DNA of 64,000 nucleotides from an uncultured Luteitalea sp. (GTDB lineage Bacteria; Acidobacteriota; Vicinamibacteria; Vicinamibacterales; Vicinamibacteraceae), in contig CAKTDA010000005.1 of the NCBI GenBank assembly GCA_934541105.1, positions 155,245-219,244 of the forward strand, in the 5' to 3' direction. The notes under the pieces were generated by a model. That model made no database searches. It saw nothing but the letters and a program-made list of their open reading frames with translations, and was not told the origin of the DNA. Position numbers and translations under genes: made by a program. Of this stretch, positions 18,306 to 29,928 are shown in pieces; position 1 is the first letter of the stretch; the number at the start of each line of letters is the position of its first letter.

Positions 18306-20861
18306 ATGATCAGACGCACCTTCCTCGAAACGCTCCTGGCCGCGGGCATGCTGCCGCTCCTGCGCGCGCGGACCGGCGCGGCACAGGCGACGGCCCCCAA
18401 TCCGGCGGACGCGCTGACGCTGCGTTACGCGCGCGCCGCGCGCCAGTGGGTGGAGGCGCTGCCCGTCGGCAACGGGCGGCTCGGCGGGATGGTGTTCGGC
18501 GGCATCGGCGTCGAGCGTGTGCAGCTCAACGAAGACACGCTGTGGTCGGGCGGGCCGTCCGAGTGGAACAACCCCGGCGCGCGGCAGGCGCTGCCCGAGG
18601 TGCGCCGACTCGTTGCTGCCGGCCGCTTTGCCGACGCCGACGCGGCCATGCGGCAGATGATGGGCCCCTACACGCAGTCATACCTGCCCCTTGGCGACCT
18701 GCGGATCGTGATGGAGCACGGCGACGTGGCCCGCGACTACGAGCGGGCGCTCGACATCGGGACCGGCGAGGCGACGGTGCGGTACCGGCTCGGCGGGGCG
18801 ACCTTCACGCGGACGACAATCGCGACCTGGCCCGACCAGGTGATCGCAATCCACCTGGCCTGCGACCAGCCCGGCCTGCTGCGGTGTGCCGTGCGGCTCG
18901 ACAGCCCGCTGCGCGCGGTGGCACGCATCGACGAGGGGGAACTGGTGCTGCGCGGGCGTGCGCCGGCGCACGTCGAGCCGAACTACGAGGACAGGCCCGA
19001 CCCCGTCCGGTATGCCGACGATCGCGGCCTCCACTTCGAGGCGCGCATCGCCGTGCTGACCGACGGCCGCGTCGAGCCCGATGGCGCGCAGTTGCAGGTG
19101 CGTGCGGAGCGTCACGCGACACTGCTCGTTGCCATGGCCACGAGCTTCGCGGGCCCGGCGCGTACGGGAGTGAGCGACGGGCGCGACCCGTCGGCCCTGA
19201 CGCGCGCCCAAGTCGCAGCGGCACTCGCGCGGCCGTGGGACGCGCTGCGTGATCGGCACCGTGCCGATGTGGCGGCCCTGATGTCGCGCGTGACGCTCGA
19301 TCTCGGCGCGTCACCGGCAAGGCCCGGCACGCCGACGGACGTGAGGCTCGCCGACGGCGCCGCGGCCGATCCCGCACTGGCGACGCTGCTGTTCCAGTAC
19401 GGCCGCTACCTGCTCGTCGCGTGCAGCCGGCCCGGCACGCAGCCGGCCACGCTCCAGGGCCTGTGGAACGAGCAGGTACGGGCGCCGTGGAGCAGCAACT
19501 ACACGGTGAACATCAACACCGAGATGAACTACTGGCCGGCCGAGCCCGCCAACCTCGCGGAGTGCCACGAGCCCTTGCTTGCCGCCATGGGTGAGCTGGC
19601 GGTGACAGGTGCCGAGACCGCGCGCGTGAACTACGGCTTCGGCGGCTGGACGACGCACCACAACACCGACCTGTGGCGGCAGACGGCGCCCGTGGGCCGG
19701 TTCGGCGAGGGCGATCCCGTGTGGGCCTCGTGGCCCATGGGCGGGGCATGGCTCGCGCAGCACCTGTGGGAGCACTTCGCGTTCGGCGGCGATCGCGAGT
19801 GGCTGCGACGGACGGCGCTGCCGCTGATGACGGGCGCCGCGCAGTTCTGCCTCGACCTGCTCGTCGAGGACGCCGACGGTTTCCTCGTGCCGTCGCCGTC
19901 GACGTCGCCCGAGCACAAGTTCCGGCTTCCCGGCGGCGGGATGGCCGCCGTCAGTGCCGGCAGTGCGATGGATCTCGGCATCACGTGGGACGTGTGCACG
20001 AACGTCAGGCAGGCCGCACGGCTGCTCGGCGTGCACGATGCCCGGGTGGAGCGTGTTGCGCAGGCGCTGCCACGGCTGCGGCCGTACCGCATCGACGCGC
20101 AGGGCGCGCTCCAGGAGTGGGGCGTGGACCTGCCGCCGCAGGATCCGCACCATCGCCACTTCTCCCACCTGTTCGGCTTGCACCCGGGACGCCAGATCAC
20201 GCCCGAGGCCACACCGGCACTCTTCATGGCCTGCCGCCGCTCGCTCGAACTGCGGGGCGACGAGGGGACGGGGTGGTCGCTCGCGTGGAAGATCAACGCG
20301 TGGGCGCGGCTGCGCGACGGCAACCGGGCGCACCGCCTCGTCGTGCGCCTGCTCCGGCTCGTCGAGGACACCGGCGTGCGCATGAACAACGCGGGCGGGG
20401 TGTACGCGAACCTGTTCGACGCGCATCCGCCGTTCCAGATCGACGGCAACTTCGGGGCCACGTCCGGCATCGTCGAGATGCTGCTCCAGAGCCATGCCGG
20501 AGTGCTCGACCTGCTGCCCGCGTTGCCGGACGCCTGGCCGCGCGGTCGCGTGAGCGGGCTGCGCGCGCGGGGCGGATTCGAGATCGATCTCGAGTGGGAG
20601 CAGGGGCAGCCCGTGCACGTGCGCATCCGCTCGCGCCTCGGGGGCGTGTGCCGCGTCAGGAGTGCCGTGCCCCTGCGCGTGGACGGGACTGCCGTGGTGC
20701 GTCCTGCGGAGGGCCCGAACCCGAACCCGTTGCTTGCCGTCCATCCGGTGGCCGAGCCCCTTCGAGCGCCCGGCGTGGTCGTGCCCGCACCCCTGCCTCT
20801 GCCGACGCATGTGATCGACATCGACACGACGGCCGGCGCGGAGGTGAGGCTCCGCGCGTGA
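18306..20861 (+). CDS. glycoside hydrolase family 95 (alpha-L-fucosidase-like), Tat signal
   Basis: ORF 18306..20861. [14 protein letters not shown] signal. [35 protein letters not shown] and the later [12 protein letters not shown] and [11 protein letters not shown] are GH95 hallmarks. Confidence 0.9.
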   Translation: MIRRTFLETLLAAGMLPLLRARTGAAQATAPNPADALTLRYARAARQWVEALPVGNGRLGGMVFGGIGVERVQLNEDTLWSGGPSEWNNPGARQALPEVRRLVAAGRFADADAAMRQMMGPYTQSYLPLGDLRIVMEHGDVARDYERALDIGTGEATVRYRLGGATFTRTTIATWPDQVIAIHLACDQPGLLRCAVRLDSPLRAVARIDEGELVLRGRAPAHVEPNYEDRPDPVRYADDRGLHFEARIAVLTDGRVEPDGAQLQVRAERHATLLVAMATSFAGPARTGVSDGRDPSALTRAQVAAALARPWDALRDRHRADVAALMSRVTLDLGASPARPGTPTDVRLADGAAADPALATLLFQYGRYLLVACSRPGTQPATLQGLWNEQVRAPWSSNYTVNINTEMNYWPAEPANLAECHEPLLAAMGELAVTGAETARVNYGFGGWTTHHNTDLWRQTAPVGRFGEGDPVWASWPMGGAWLAQHLWEHFAFGGDREWLRRTALPLMTGAAQFCLDLLVEDADGFLVPSPSTSPEHKFRLPGGGMAAVSAGSAMDLGITWDVCTNVRQAARLLGVHDARVERVAQALPRLRPYRIDAQGALQEWGVDLPPQDPHHRHFSHLFGLHPGRQITPEATPALFMACRRSLELRGDEGTGWSLAWKINAWARLRDGNRAHRLVVRLLRLVEDTGVRMNNAGGVYANLFDAHPPFQIDGNFGATSGIVEMLLQSHAGVLDLLPALPDAWPRGRVSGLRARGGFEIDLEWEQGQPVHVRIRSRLGGVCRVRSAVPLRVDGTAVVRPAEGPNPNPLLAVHPVAEPLRAPGVVVPAPLPLPTHVIDIDTTAGAEVRLRA

Positions 20862-20941
20862 GGAGGCTCCTGGCGGAACACCTGAGGTCCTGTCTCGTAT
20901 GTGGAGTGAAGGCCGCATGGTGCGGCGGGGCATGCGGACGT

Positions 20942-21808
20942 ATGGCGATGAATCTCTTACAGGTCGGTGCCGTGTGCGGCGTGCTGTGGCTCGGGACGGT
21001 GGCACCGGTCGTCGCGCAGGCACCGGCATCGGCGTCGGCGGCCGTGCCGCAGGACGAAGCCGCCAGCGCGGAACCCTACGCCTGGCGCGGCCACGAGGAC
21101 GCCATCGAGGCGTACCTGCGCGACGCACCAATCACGCACTTCAAGGACATCCCGGTCGGCATCACCAAGCCCCGCCGCGGGTACTTCGAGCCGGGCGGAC
21201 CGGTGCGGAGCATGGCGTGGAAGCCCATCCCCACAGGCATGCTCCACGGCAAGATGGAGAGCTACCGCTCGGAGATCGCGGCATACGAGCTCAGCCGCTA
21301 CCTCGGCCTCCACATGGTCCCGCCTGTCGTCGAGCGCCGGATCGGGTCGGCACGTGGCGCGGTCGTGTACTGGATCGACGGCGTGCGGCCCTGGACTCCC
21401 GGTGAGCCGCCCCGGATCGCGGGCGCGAAGTGGAGTCGCCAGACGAGCCGCATGCTGATGTTCGACCAGCTCATCGGCAACATCGATCGCAACCAGGGGA
21501 ACCTGCTGTACGACGACAACGGCCACCTGTACCTGATCGACCACTCGCGCGCGTTCGTGGTCCAGTCCATTCCCGGCACGATCAAGCCGCCGCGACAGTT
21601 CGAGCGGCGCCTGTGGGAGCGGATCGATGCGTTGACGCGTGCCGACCTCGAGGCCGCGGTCGGACCCTGGCTCGAGGGTGCCCAGATCTCGGCCATCCTC
21701 CATCGCCGCGATGCCATGCGCAAGCACATCGAGCGCGAGGTGCGCGAGCGCGGCGAGTCGGTGGTGTTCCTGCCGCCTGGCCCCGACCAAACCGACGCCG
21801 TCTCCTGA
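20942..21808 (+). CDS. secreted protein with PI3/PI4-kinase-like (HipA-like) catalytic-loop motif
   Basis: ATG 20942 inside ORF 19673..21808. Signal peptide MAMNLLQVGAVCGVLWLGTVAPVVAQA. Motif LIGNIDRNQGNLLYDDNGHLYLIDHSRAF resembles GNxDRHxxN...IDHG of atypical kinases. CDS confidence is higher than the product call. Confidence 0.65.
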   Translation: MAMNLLQVGAVCGVLWLGTVAPVVAQAPASASAAVPQDEAASAEPYAWRGHEDAIEAYLRDAPITHFKDIPVGITKPRRGYFEPGGPVRSMAWKPIPTGMLHGKMESYRSEIAAYELSRYLGLHMVPPVVERRIGSARGAVVYWIDGVRPWTPGEPPRIAGAKWSRQTSRMLMFDQLIGNIDRNQGNLLYDDNGHLYLIDHSRAFVVQSIPGTIKPPRQFERRLWERIDALTRADLEAAVGPWLEGAQISAILHRRDAMRKHIEREVRERGESVVFLPPGPDQTDAVS

Positions 21809-22011
21809 CCGTCTGCTCGGCCGCACGCCGGCGTGTCGTCACCGGTTCGTCACGGCGATTTCGCGTGTCCGTCACGGTCGTGGTCCATGCTGACGGTGCA
21901 TGTGTGCACGCCGGCTGACCCGGCGCATAATGTTTCGCCTCAGGCACACATGGCGTACCGTCCCGCCTGCGAACCCTCGTGGGATCCGGGACCGCGCAGA
22001 AGGATACTTGC

Positions 22012-25000
22012 ATGCAACGCGTCGTGATTCGCTTCCTCGCACTGCTGTGTGCGCTGCACCTGTGCAGCGCCCCCGCCCGTGCGCAGTTCGACAGTGCCAC
22101 AGTCCTCGGCTTCATCAGCGACCAGTCAGGGGCGGCGATGCCCGGGGTCACGGTCACGCTCACGAATCCCGCCACCGGCATTGCGACGACGGCGGTGACC
22201 GATGAGAGGGGCCAGTACCAGTTCCTGAACGTGCGCCCCGGCAGCTATTCGCTGAAGTCGGAGCTTCAGGGCTTCACGACGGCCGTGGCGAGCAACGTCA
22301 CCGTGACCGTGAACGCGCGCCAGCGCGTGGACCTCGCGATGTCGGTCGGCGGGGTCGGCGAGACCGTCGAAGTGAGTGGCGCGGCGCGACTGCTCGAGAG
22401 CGAGTCGAGCGATCGCGGCACGGTCATCACGCGGGAGCAGATCGTCAACCTGCCGCTCAACGGCCGCGCCTATGCCGACCTCGCGCTGCTCAGCCCGGGC
22501 GTCCGCCGCTCGAACATCGCCAACTCGCGCGACGCGTCGTTCAACGTCAACGGCCTCCGCAGCGCGCTGAACAACTTCATCCTCGACGGTGTGGACAACA
22601 ACTCGTACGGCACGAGCAACCAGGGGTTCTCCAACCAGGTCGTGCAGGTGTCGCCCGACGCGGTCGAGGAGTTCAAGGTCCAGACCAACAACTTCAGCGC
22701 GGAGTTCGGGAGGGCCGGCGGCGCGGTGATCAACGCGACGTTCCGCAGCGGGACCAACAGCTTCCGCGGGGCCGCCTGGGAGTACAACCGCAACACGAAG
22801 CTGAACTCGACCGGGTTCTTCAAGCCCTCGTCGGGCGTGAAGCCCGAGATGAACCGCAACCAGTTCGGCGGCGTGTTCGGCGGGCCGATCATCCGCGACC
22901 GCGCGTTCTTCTTCTTCAACTACGAGGGGTTCCGCGAGGTCAGCAAGCAGCTGACGTTTGCGAGCATCCCGACGATGGAGCAGCGGCAGGGCAATCTCGG
23001 CGTGCCGGTCCGCAATCCAATCACCGGCGAGGTGTACGCAAACGGCGTCATCCCGCAGTCGGCGATCAGCGACTTCGCGAGGGAGGTCCTCGCGGGCCTG
23101 CCGGCGCCGACGCGCGGCGGCAACTCCAACAACTTCGACTCGCTGCCGCGGCGTGAGGACTTCAACGACAAGTTCGACATCAAGTTCGACCAGAAGTTGA
23201 ACAACGCGACGTCCACGTTCCTGCGTTACAGCTGGCGCGACGTGGACAACTTCGAGCCCGGTTCCATCCCGGGCGCGATCAGTTCGCCGGCCAACAACTT
23301 CGTCAACGTCACGAACCACCAGTTCGCCGGCGGGCTGACGCGGACGTTGTCGTCCAACTCGCTGCTCGAACTGCGTGTCGGCGTCTCGAAGACCGACGCG
23401 GGCAAGTCGGCACTCGGCACGGGATCGCCGAACATGCTGGAGGCGTACGGGATCACGGGGCTGCCGACCGACACGTATTTCGCCGGCGGGCTGACGCAGC
23501 AGTCGGTGAGCGGCTGGACGGCGTGGGGCCGGCAGAACAGCAACCCGCAGTTCCAGAATCCGTTCGTCGTCGACATCCGCGCCAACTACTCGTGGATCAA
23601 GGGTGCGCACACGCTCAAGACCGGCTACGAGTACCAGTCGATCAACACCGAGGTGGACGACGTCAACCCGAAGTACGGCCACGACCAGTACGCGGGCCAG
23701 TTCTCCCGTCCGGCAGGCGCGCCGGCAAATGCGGCGATGTACAACCTGGCCGACTTCATGTTCGGCGCGCGCAGCACCTACGATCTCGTCAACCCGTACG
23801 TGTTCAACCTGCGGCAGCGGATGCACTTCGGCTACCTGCAGGACGACTGGAAGGTGGCGCCGAACCTCACGGTGAATCTCGGCGTGCGCTACGAGTTCGG
23901 GACGCCGCAGTGGGAGGAGGACAACTACCTCACCAACTTCGATCCGGCCACCAACACGCTGCTGCAGGCGCGAGACGGGTCGATCTACGACCGCGCGCTC
24001 GTCAATCCCGATCGCAACAACTGGGCGCCGCGCGTCGGCGTCGCCTACAGCCTCACGCCGAAGACGGTCATCCGGTCGGCCTACGGTTTGAGCTACATCC
24101 ACTTCAACCGCCTCGGCGGCGAGAACCTGCTCTCGTTCAACGGCCCGCACGTCGTGCCGATCTCGATCGCGCAGCAGCCGTCGCAGGGGCTCTGCACGAA
24201 CGATCTCGCGCCGACCACCTGCTTCCGTCCCACGCAGCAGGGATACCCGGCGGGCCTCAACGTGCCGGAGAACTACGATCCGATCAACGGCCGCGTGAAC
24301 CACATTCCCGCGGACCTGAAGACGGGACACGTCCAGAGCTGGCACGTCACGGTGCAGCGCGAACTGCTGCCCAACCTGATGGTGGATGTCGCCTACATCG
24401 GCAACAAGAGCGACAACCTGATGATCCTCGCCGACCTGAACCAGGCGCGGCCGAACAACCCCGGCGAGAACACGCTGCTGCAACTGCGGCGCCCGATCCA
24501 GGGGTACCAGTTCATCCAGACCGCGTTCGACGGCGGCCGCGCCGACTACCGCGCGCTCCAGATCAAGGTCGAACGCCGCTGGTCCGACGGGCTGTACCTG
24601 TTGAACTCGTTCACGTGGTCGCGCGCGCGCGACAACGCGTCGGGCCACCTCGAGACGGCAAACGGCGACAACAGCCGCGTCAACTACGCCAATGTCGCGG
24701 GTGAGTTCGGCCTGTCGGGGTACAACCAGCCGCTGAACAACACCACGTCGGTCGTGTGGGAACTGCCCTTCGGTGAAGGGCGGCGCTGGGGCAACGGCCT
24801 GCACCCGGTCGTCGAGGCACTTGCCGGCGGCTGGCGCGTGACGGCCATCAACACGATGACGAGCGGCCTGCCCGCCAACCTGACCTACTCGCCGTCGGCG
24901 CAGTTCTCGGTGAGCGGCGCGCCGACGTACCGGCCCAACATCTCGGGCGACATCTATGCGCCCGAAGGGCAGCAGACGATCGCCAACTGGTACAACCGCG

Positions 25001-25284
25001 ACAACATCACGGTGCCGACCAACCCGTCGGAGCCGTTCGGCAACGCGCCCCGCAACGCGGCCCGCGGCCCCGGCATCTACACGCTGGACCTCGGCCTGCA
25101 CAAGGGCTTCGGCCTCGGCGTGGGGCAGTCGCGGCTCGAGGTGCGGATCGAGGCGTTCAACGTGCTGAACAAGACGAACTTCGGTGCGCCCAACAGCAAC
25201 AGGACGTCCACGAACTTCGGCACCATCACGTCCCTGGCGACGACCCCGCGCCAGATTCAGCTCGGCGTCAGGTTCAGCTTCTGA
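22012..25284 (+). CDS. TonB-dependent receptor with N-terminal carboxypeptidase-regulatory-like domain
   Basis: ATG 22012 inside ORF 21979..25284. Signal ...[32 protein letters not shown]...[17 protein letters not shown] (CarboxypepD_reg), plug region and a C-terminal beta-barrel ending QLGVRFSF. Confidence 0.92.
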   Translation: MQRVVIRFLALLCALHLCSAPARAQFDSATVLGFISDQSGAAMPGVTVTLTNPATGIATTAVTDERGQYQFLNVRPGSYSLKSELQGFTTAVASNVTVTVNARQRVDLAMSVGGVGETVEVSGAARLLESESSDRGTVITREQIVNLPLNGRAYADLALLSPGVRRSNIANSRDASFNVNGLRSALNNFILDGVDNNSYGTSNQGFSNQVVQVSPDAVEEFKVQTNNFSAEFGRAGGAVINATFRSGTNSFRGAAWEYNRNTKLNSTGFFKPSSGVKPEMNRNQFGGVFGGPIIRDRAFFFFNYEGFREVSKQLTFASIPTMEQRQGNLGVPVRNPITGEVYANGVIPQSAISDFAREVLAGLPAPTRGGNSNNFDSLPRREDFNDKFDIKFDQKLNNATSTFLRYSWRDVDNFEPGSIPGAISSPANNFVNVTNHQFAGGLTRTLSSNSLLELRVGVSKTDAGKSALGTGSPNMLEAYGITGLPTDTYFAGGLTQQSVSGWTAWGRQNSNPQFQNPFVVDIRANYSWIKGAHTLKTGYEYQSINTEVDDVNPKYGHDQYAGQFSRPAGAPANAAMYNLADFMFGARSTYDLVNPYVFNLRQRMHFGYLQDDWKVAPNLTVNLGVRYEFGTPQWEEDNYLTNFDPATNTLLQARDGSIYDRALVNPDRNNWAPRVGVAYSLTPKTVIRSAYGLSYIHFNRLGGENLLSFNGPHVVPISIAQQPSQGLCTNDLAPTTCFRPTQQGYPAGLNVPENYDPINGRVNHIPADLKTGHVQSWHVTVQRELLPNLMVDVAYIGNKSDNLMILADLNQARPNNPGENTLLQLRRPIQGYQFIQTAFDGGRADYRALQIKVERRWSDGLYLLNSFTWSRARDNASGHLETANGDNSRVNYANVAGEFGLSGYNQPLNNTTSVVWELPFGEGRRWGNGLHPVVEALAGGWRVTAINTMTSGLPANLTYSPSAQFSVSGAPTYRPNISGDIYAPEGQQTIANWYNRDNITVPTNPSEPFGNAPRNAARGPGIYTLDLGLHKGFGLGVGQSRLEVRIEAFNVLNKTNFGAPNSNRTSTNFGTITSLATTPRQIQLGVRFSF

Positions 25285-25291
25285 TGCCGCA

Positions 25292-25322
25292 CAGGCGGGC
25301 CGCTCGTCGAGCGACCCGCCTG
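25292..25322. terminator. strong GC hairpin between convergent genes (candidate bidirectional terminator)
   Basis: CAGGCGGGCCGCTCG-T-CGAGCGACCCGCCTG: 15-nt arms with one mismatch, 8 nt after the TonB-receptor stop. No U-tract. Confidence 0.5.
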
Positions 25323-25356
25323 CTCAATCGTTCGACGACGCACCCGGTCTCGGGCG

Positions 25357-26703
<1,347 letters not shown>

Positions 26704-26772
26704 GAGCGCGATTTCTCCAGGAGAGGGTGATGGAGCGCGCCCATCTTGCCACGAACGCTCGGGCTCCGGGCG

Positions 26773-27411
26773 TCAGGTCGACGGCCTGATCCCGGCGAGC
26801 AGCGCCAGTTCGCGCCACTTCCAGTGGCAATCGACGTCGGCAAACCCGATCGCGCGCAGCCAGCCCAGTTGCGTGGCCACGTCGAGCAGCTTGTTCGACG
26901 GATCGTCGTCTTCCGGGGCGACGCCGAGCGTCGCGAGGAACTGATCGTGGAGCCCGGGCGTCGGCGATGCGACATGCTCGAGGTTGCAGAACACGCCGCC
27001 CGGTGCGAGCGCGGCGTGGACCTCCTCGTACAGCGACCGCTTCCGCGGGTCGGTGAGGTGGTGAATCGCGAAGCTCGAGACCACGGCGTCGAACACGCCC
27101 AGGGACGGCAGGGGCGTCGAGAGGTCATGCGCCTGCACGCGCACCCGGGCGTCTCTGTCGAACCGCGCATGCAGCCTCGCCAGCATCTCGCCGGAGAAAT
27201 CGATGGCGACGCCCGTTGCATCCGGCAGCGCCTCGAGCACGCGCGCCAGCAGGCGCCCGTCACCGCTCCCGAGGTCCAGCACGCGGCGCGTGCGCGAGGG
27301 CACGCACTCGAGCAGCGCGTCCTCGCCCTCGCGGCGACGGGGAATGCCGTCGGCCCGCTGCAGGTAGGCGCGCGCGTGTGCGTCGGTCGACCAGAGGTTC
27401 ACGTCGGTCAT
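26773..27411 (-). CDS. class I SAM-dependent methyltransferase
   Basis: Internal ATG (comp. 27409-27411) of ORF 26773..27564. VLDLGSGDGRLL motif I and FDAVVSSFAIHHL. Confidence 0.85.
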   Translation of the reverse strand: MTDVNLWSTDAHARAYLQRADGIPRRREGEDALLECVPSRTRRVLDLGSGDGRLLARVLEALPDATGVAIDFSGEMLARLHARFDRDARVRVQAHDLSTPLPSLGVFDAVVSSFAIHHLTDPRKRSLYEEVHAALAPGGVFCNLEHVASPTPGLHDQFLATLGVAPEDDDPSNKLLDVATQLGWLRAIGFADVDCHWKWRELALLAGIRPST

Positions 27412-27430
27412 GCCACAGGCTAGCGCGTTC

Positions 27431-27466
27431 GAACGCCGAACGCCGAACGTCCAACTCCGGAACGCC
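27431..27466. repeat. heptamer tandem repeat (GAACGCC x2 exact plus 3 degenerate units)
   Basis: gaacgcc gaacgcc gaacgtc caactcc ggaacgcc, in the spacer between the methyltransferase start (27411) and the upstream gene stop (27473). Confidence 0.85.
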
Positions 27467-27472
27467 AGGGCA

Positions 27473-28261
27473 TCACCAGAGCGTGACGCTGATGAACACC
27501 GAGGCGTAGAAGAACAGGAACCGGATGATCCAGGGGCGCCACGCCAGCACATCTCCGGCGGCAATGCGCGGGCCGGCGACGAATATCGCGAACGGCAGCG
27601 CGGAGGCCACGACCATCAGGAGCAGCCTGGGCGACCACTCCGGCTGCCAGCCTGCGCCATCGACTGCGAGCCCGGCAAACGCGATCTGCTGCCGGAACAA
27701 TCCGTCGCCGAGCAGCGCCAGGGGAATGGCGGCCGTGCGCCGCACCACACCTGGCACGTACGGCCCGGGCCACGGCGGCAGCGCTCCGGGCGGCCGCTCG
27801 GGAAGTCCGAAGGCCATCTTCTGGATGCCCGTGGCAATGAGCGCGTAAATCGAGAGGAAGGGCAGCGAGAACATCAACATCGGCCAGCGTCGCTCGAGGG
27901 CGACGTCGCGATCGGTATCCTCGGGGCCGCGGGTGAGCAGGATGAACAGGAACAGGCCGACGACGACCCAGCCAAACCACGGCAGGGAACCGAACCACGC
28001 GCTCCAGCCGTCCGCGCTCGCGCTGGTCGTCATCGCCTGCGCGAGTTGCAGCGGCTCGCCAATCCAGCGCCGGACGACCGATTCACTCAGGAACACCCAC
28101 GCGACAAGGAGCACGTCCTCGACTTCCAGGACGTGCCGGGCGCGTCGTGCTCGCGGACCGTCGGCCGCCCGGGACTGGCGTTCGCCCTTGTACTGCGCCG
28201 CAGCGTCCGCCCCCCGATTCTCGGGGGTGGCCCTCGTGCCCTGCTGGGTCATGCGATGCAT
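27473..28261 (-). CDS. integral membrane protein, hypothetical
   Basis: ORF 27473..28501 trimmed to internal Met (comp. 28259-28261; alternative 28252), because the divergent gene starts at 28314. Several hydrophobic helices (WFGWVVVGLFLFILL, LMFSLPFLSIYALIATG, LLLMVVASALPFAIFVAG). Confidence 0.6.
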   Translation of the reverse strand: MHRMTQQGTRATPENRGADAAAQYKGERQSRAADGPRARRARHVLEVEDVLLVAWVFLSESVVRRWIGEPLQLAQAMTTSASADGWSAWFGSLPWFGWVVVGLFLFILLTRGPEDTDRDVALERRWPMLMFSLPFLSIYALIATGIQKMAFGLPERPPGALPPWPGPYVPGVVRRTAAIPLALLGDGLFRQQIAFAGLAVDGAGWQPEWSPRLLLMVVASALPFAIFVAGPRIAAGDVLAWRPWIIRFLFFYASVFISVTLW

Positions 28262-28313
28262 TATGGACGAGCCGGATGCACGCCCCAGCCAGTGCTGCGC
28301 GTAATATGCGCGC

Positions 28314-28787
28314 ATGCTGAAAACCGTCGCCGCCTCCGGTCTCGTCGTGTTCCTCGCCTGTTCTCCCTCGTTCGCCCAGACGCCGGCACCGGCAAGGGCT
28401 GGTGCCGCGGCCGTTGCCGGCAAGGACGCCGAGGCCGTGCGCAGCGCCGAACTTGCGCGGTTCAAGGCGATGACCACAAACGATCTCGCCACCCTGCGCA
28501 CGCTGCTCGGCGACGACCTGATCTACACGCACTCGAACGCGGCGCTCGACACCAAGGCGAGCTACGTCGGCAGCATCGAGAGCGGCGACCTGAAGTACGT
28601 GTCGATCGAACCGACAGACATGAAAGTTCGCACTTACGGGACTATGGCGGTGATCACGGCGGAGGCGGCAATCACGTCGGTGTCGAAGGGGCAGACGATG
28701 AGCAGCCGGCTGCGGTACACGGACGTCTGGGTGCAGCGCGACGGCCGCTGGCAGATGGTCGGCTGGCAGAGCACGCGGATCCCGTAG
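28314..28787 (+). CDS. NTF2-like (SnoaL/DUF4440-type) secreted protein
   Basis: ORF 28314..28787. Lipoprotein-like signal VVFLACS. ...DDLIYTHSNAALDTKASYV...YTDVWVQRDGRWQMVGWQST is typical of DUF4440/NTF2 folds. Confidence 0.75.
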   Translation: MLKTVAASGLVVFLACSPSFAQTPAPARAGAAAVAGKDAEAVRSAELARFKAMTTNDLATLRTLLGDDLIYTHSNAALDTKASYVGSIESGDLKYVSIEPTDMKVRTYGTMAVITAEAAITSVSKGQTMSSRLRYTDVWVQRDGRWQMVGWQSTRIP

Positions 28788-28795
28788 CGACCGAG

Positions 28796-28857
28796 GAACG
28801 CCGAACGTCGAACGCGTAGGCTGCAGGCTGCAGGCCCTAGGCTGTAGGCTGTAGGCC
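28796..28857. repeat. composite heptamer array: GAACGNC x3 then AGGCTGY x5-6
   Basis: gaacgcc gaacgtc gaacgcg (28796-28816), then t aggctgc aggctgc aggccct aggctgt aggctgt aggcc (28818-28857). It ends directly at ATG 28858. Confidence 0.9.
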
Positions 28858-29775
28858 ATGATGCACCTGGGCTTTGTCACCGCCATCCTGCCCGAGTTCG
28901 ACCTGGAGCAGGTGCTCGCCTTTGCCGCTGCCGAGCGGTTCTCGTGCGTGGAGGTCATGTGCTGGCCTGTCGGCAGGGCCGAACGCAAGTACGCCGGCGT
29001 CACGCACGTCGACGTGACCGATTTCACGCGCGCGCACGGGGAGGACGTGCTCGCGCTGTGCGCGAAGCACGGCGTGTCGATCTCCGCGCTCGGCTACTAC
29101 CCGAACCTGCTCGATCCCGATTCCGGCGTGGCGGAGGTCGCACGCGCGCAGCTCGCGCGGGTGATCACGGCGGCGCCGCTGCTCGGGCTCGACACGGTCA
29201 ACACGTTCGTCGGCCGCGACTGGCGGCGCAGTGTGGACGACAACTGGCCGCGCTTCCTCGAGGTGTGGCGGCCGCTGCTGCGCCTGGCCGAGGACCACGG
29301 CGTGCGCATCGGCATCGAGAACTGCCCGATGTCGTTCACGCAGGACGAGTGGCCGGGCGGCAAGAACCTCTTCACGACGCCCGCGATCTGGCGCCGGGCG
29401 TTCGAGGACCTCGCGTCGCCGAACCTCGGGCTCAACTACGACCCGTCGCACTTCGCGCTGCAGCACATGGACCCGTGCAGCCCCCTGCGCGAGTTCGAGG
29501 ACCGCCTGTTCCACGTCCATGCCAAGGACGTGAAGATCGACAGGCATCGCCTCGACCAGGTGGGCGTGTTTGCCCACCCGCTCGAGTGGCACCAGCCGCG
29601 CATCCCCGGCTACGGCGAGATCGACTGGGCGCACTTCATGGGGGCGCTGATGGAGACGAGCTACCGCGGCCCCGTCTGCATCGAGGTCGAGGACGGCACG
29701 TTCGGCACGACGCTCGAAGGGCGGCAACAGGCGCTGCGCGTCGCGCGCAACGTGCTGGAACCGTATTTCGGGTAG
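28858..29775 (+). CDS. sugar phosphate isomerase/epimerase (xylose-isomerase-like TIM barrel), cytoplasmic
   Basis: ORF 28858..29775. Motifs IGIENCP, HVHAKD and GPVCIEVED are typical of the AP-endonuclease-2/XylA-like TIM-barrel family. Confidence 0.88.
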   Translation: MMHLGFVTAILPEFDLEQVLAFAAAERFSCVEVMCWPVGRAERKYAGVTHVDVTDFTRAHGEDVLALCAKHGVSISALGYYPNLLDPDSGVAEVARAQLARVITAAPLLGLDTVNTFVGRDWRRSVDDNWPRFLEVWRPLLRLAEDHGVRIGIENCPMSFTQDEWPGGKNLFTTPAIWRRAFEDLASPNLGLNYDPSHFALQHMDPCSPLREFEDRLFHVHAKDVKIDRHRLDQVGVFAHPLEWHQPRIPGYGEIDWAHFMGALMETSYRGPVCIEVEDGTFGTTLEGRQQALRVARNVLEPYFG

Positions 29776-29928
29776 TGCCCGGATGGTCGAAGGGGACCGT
29801 CGACCTGAAGGTCGACGGCTACGAACTCACCTGCTCACCTACTACGAACTCACCTGCGAACAATCCGATCGATTCACCAGGAACGGGCCGAGCGATTCGT
29901 GGGCGTCGATGTTCACATCGACGCTCCC

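Noticed and set aside
22126-25101. 991-aa ORF antisense to the TonB-dependent receptor
   Set aside because: No domain signature and extreme Arg/Val/Asp composition. The sense strand encodes a full receptor with signal peptide, plug and a barrel ending in Phe.
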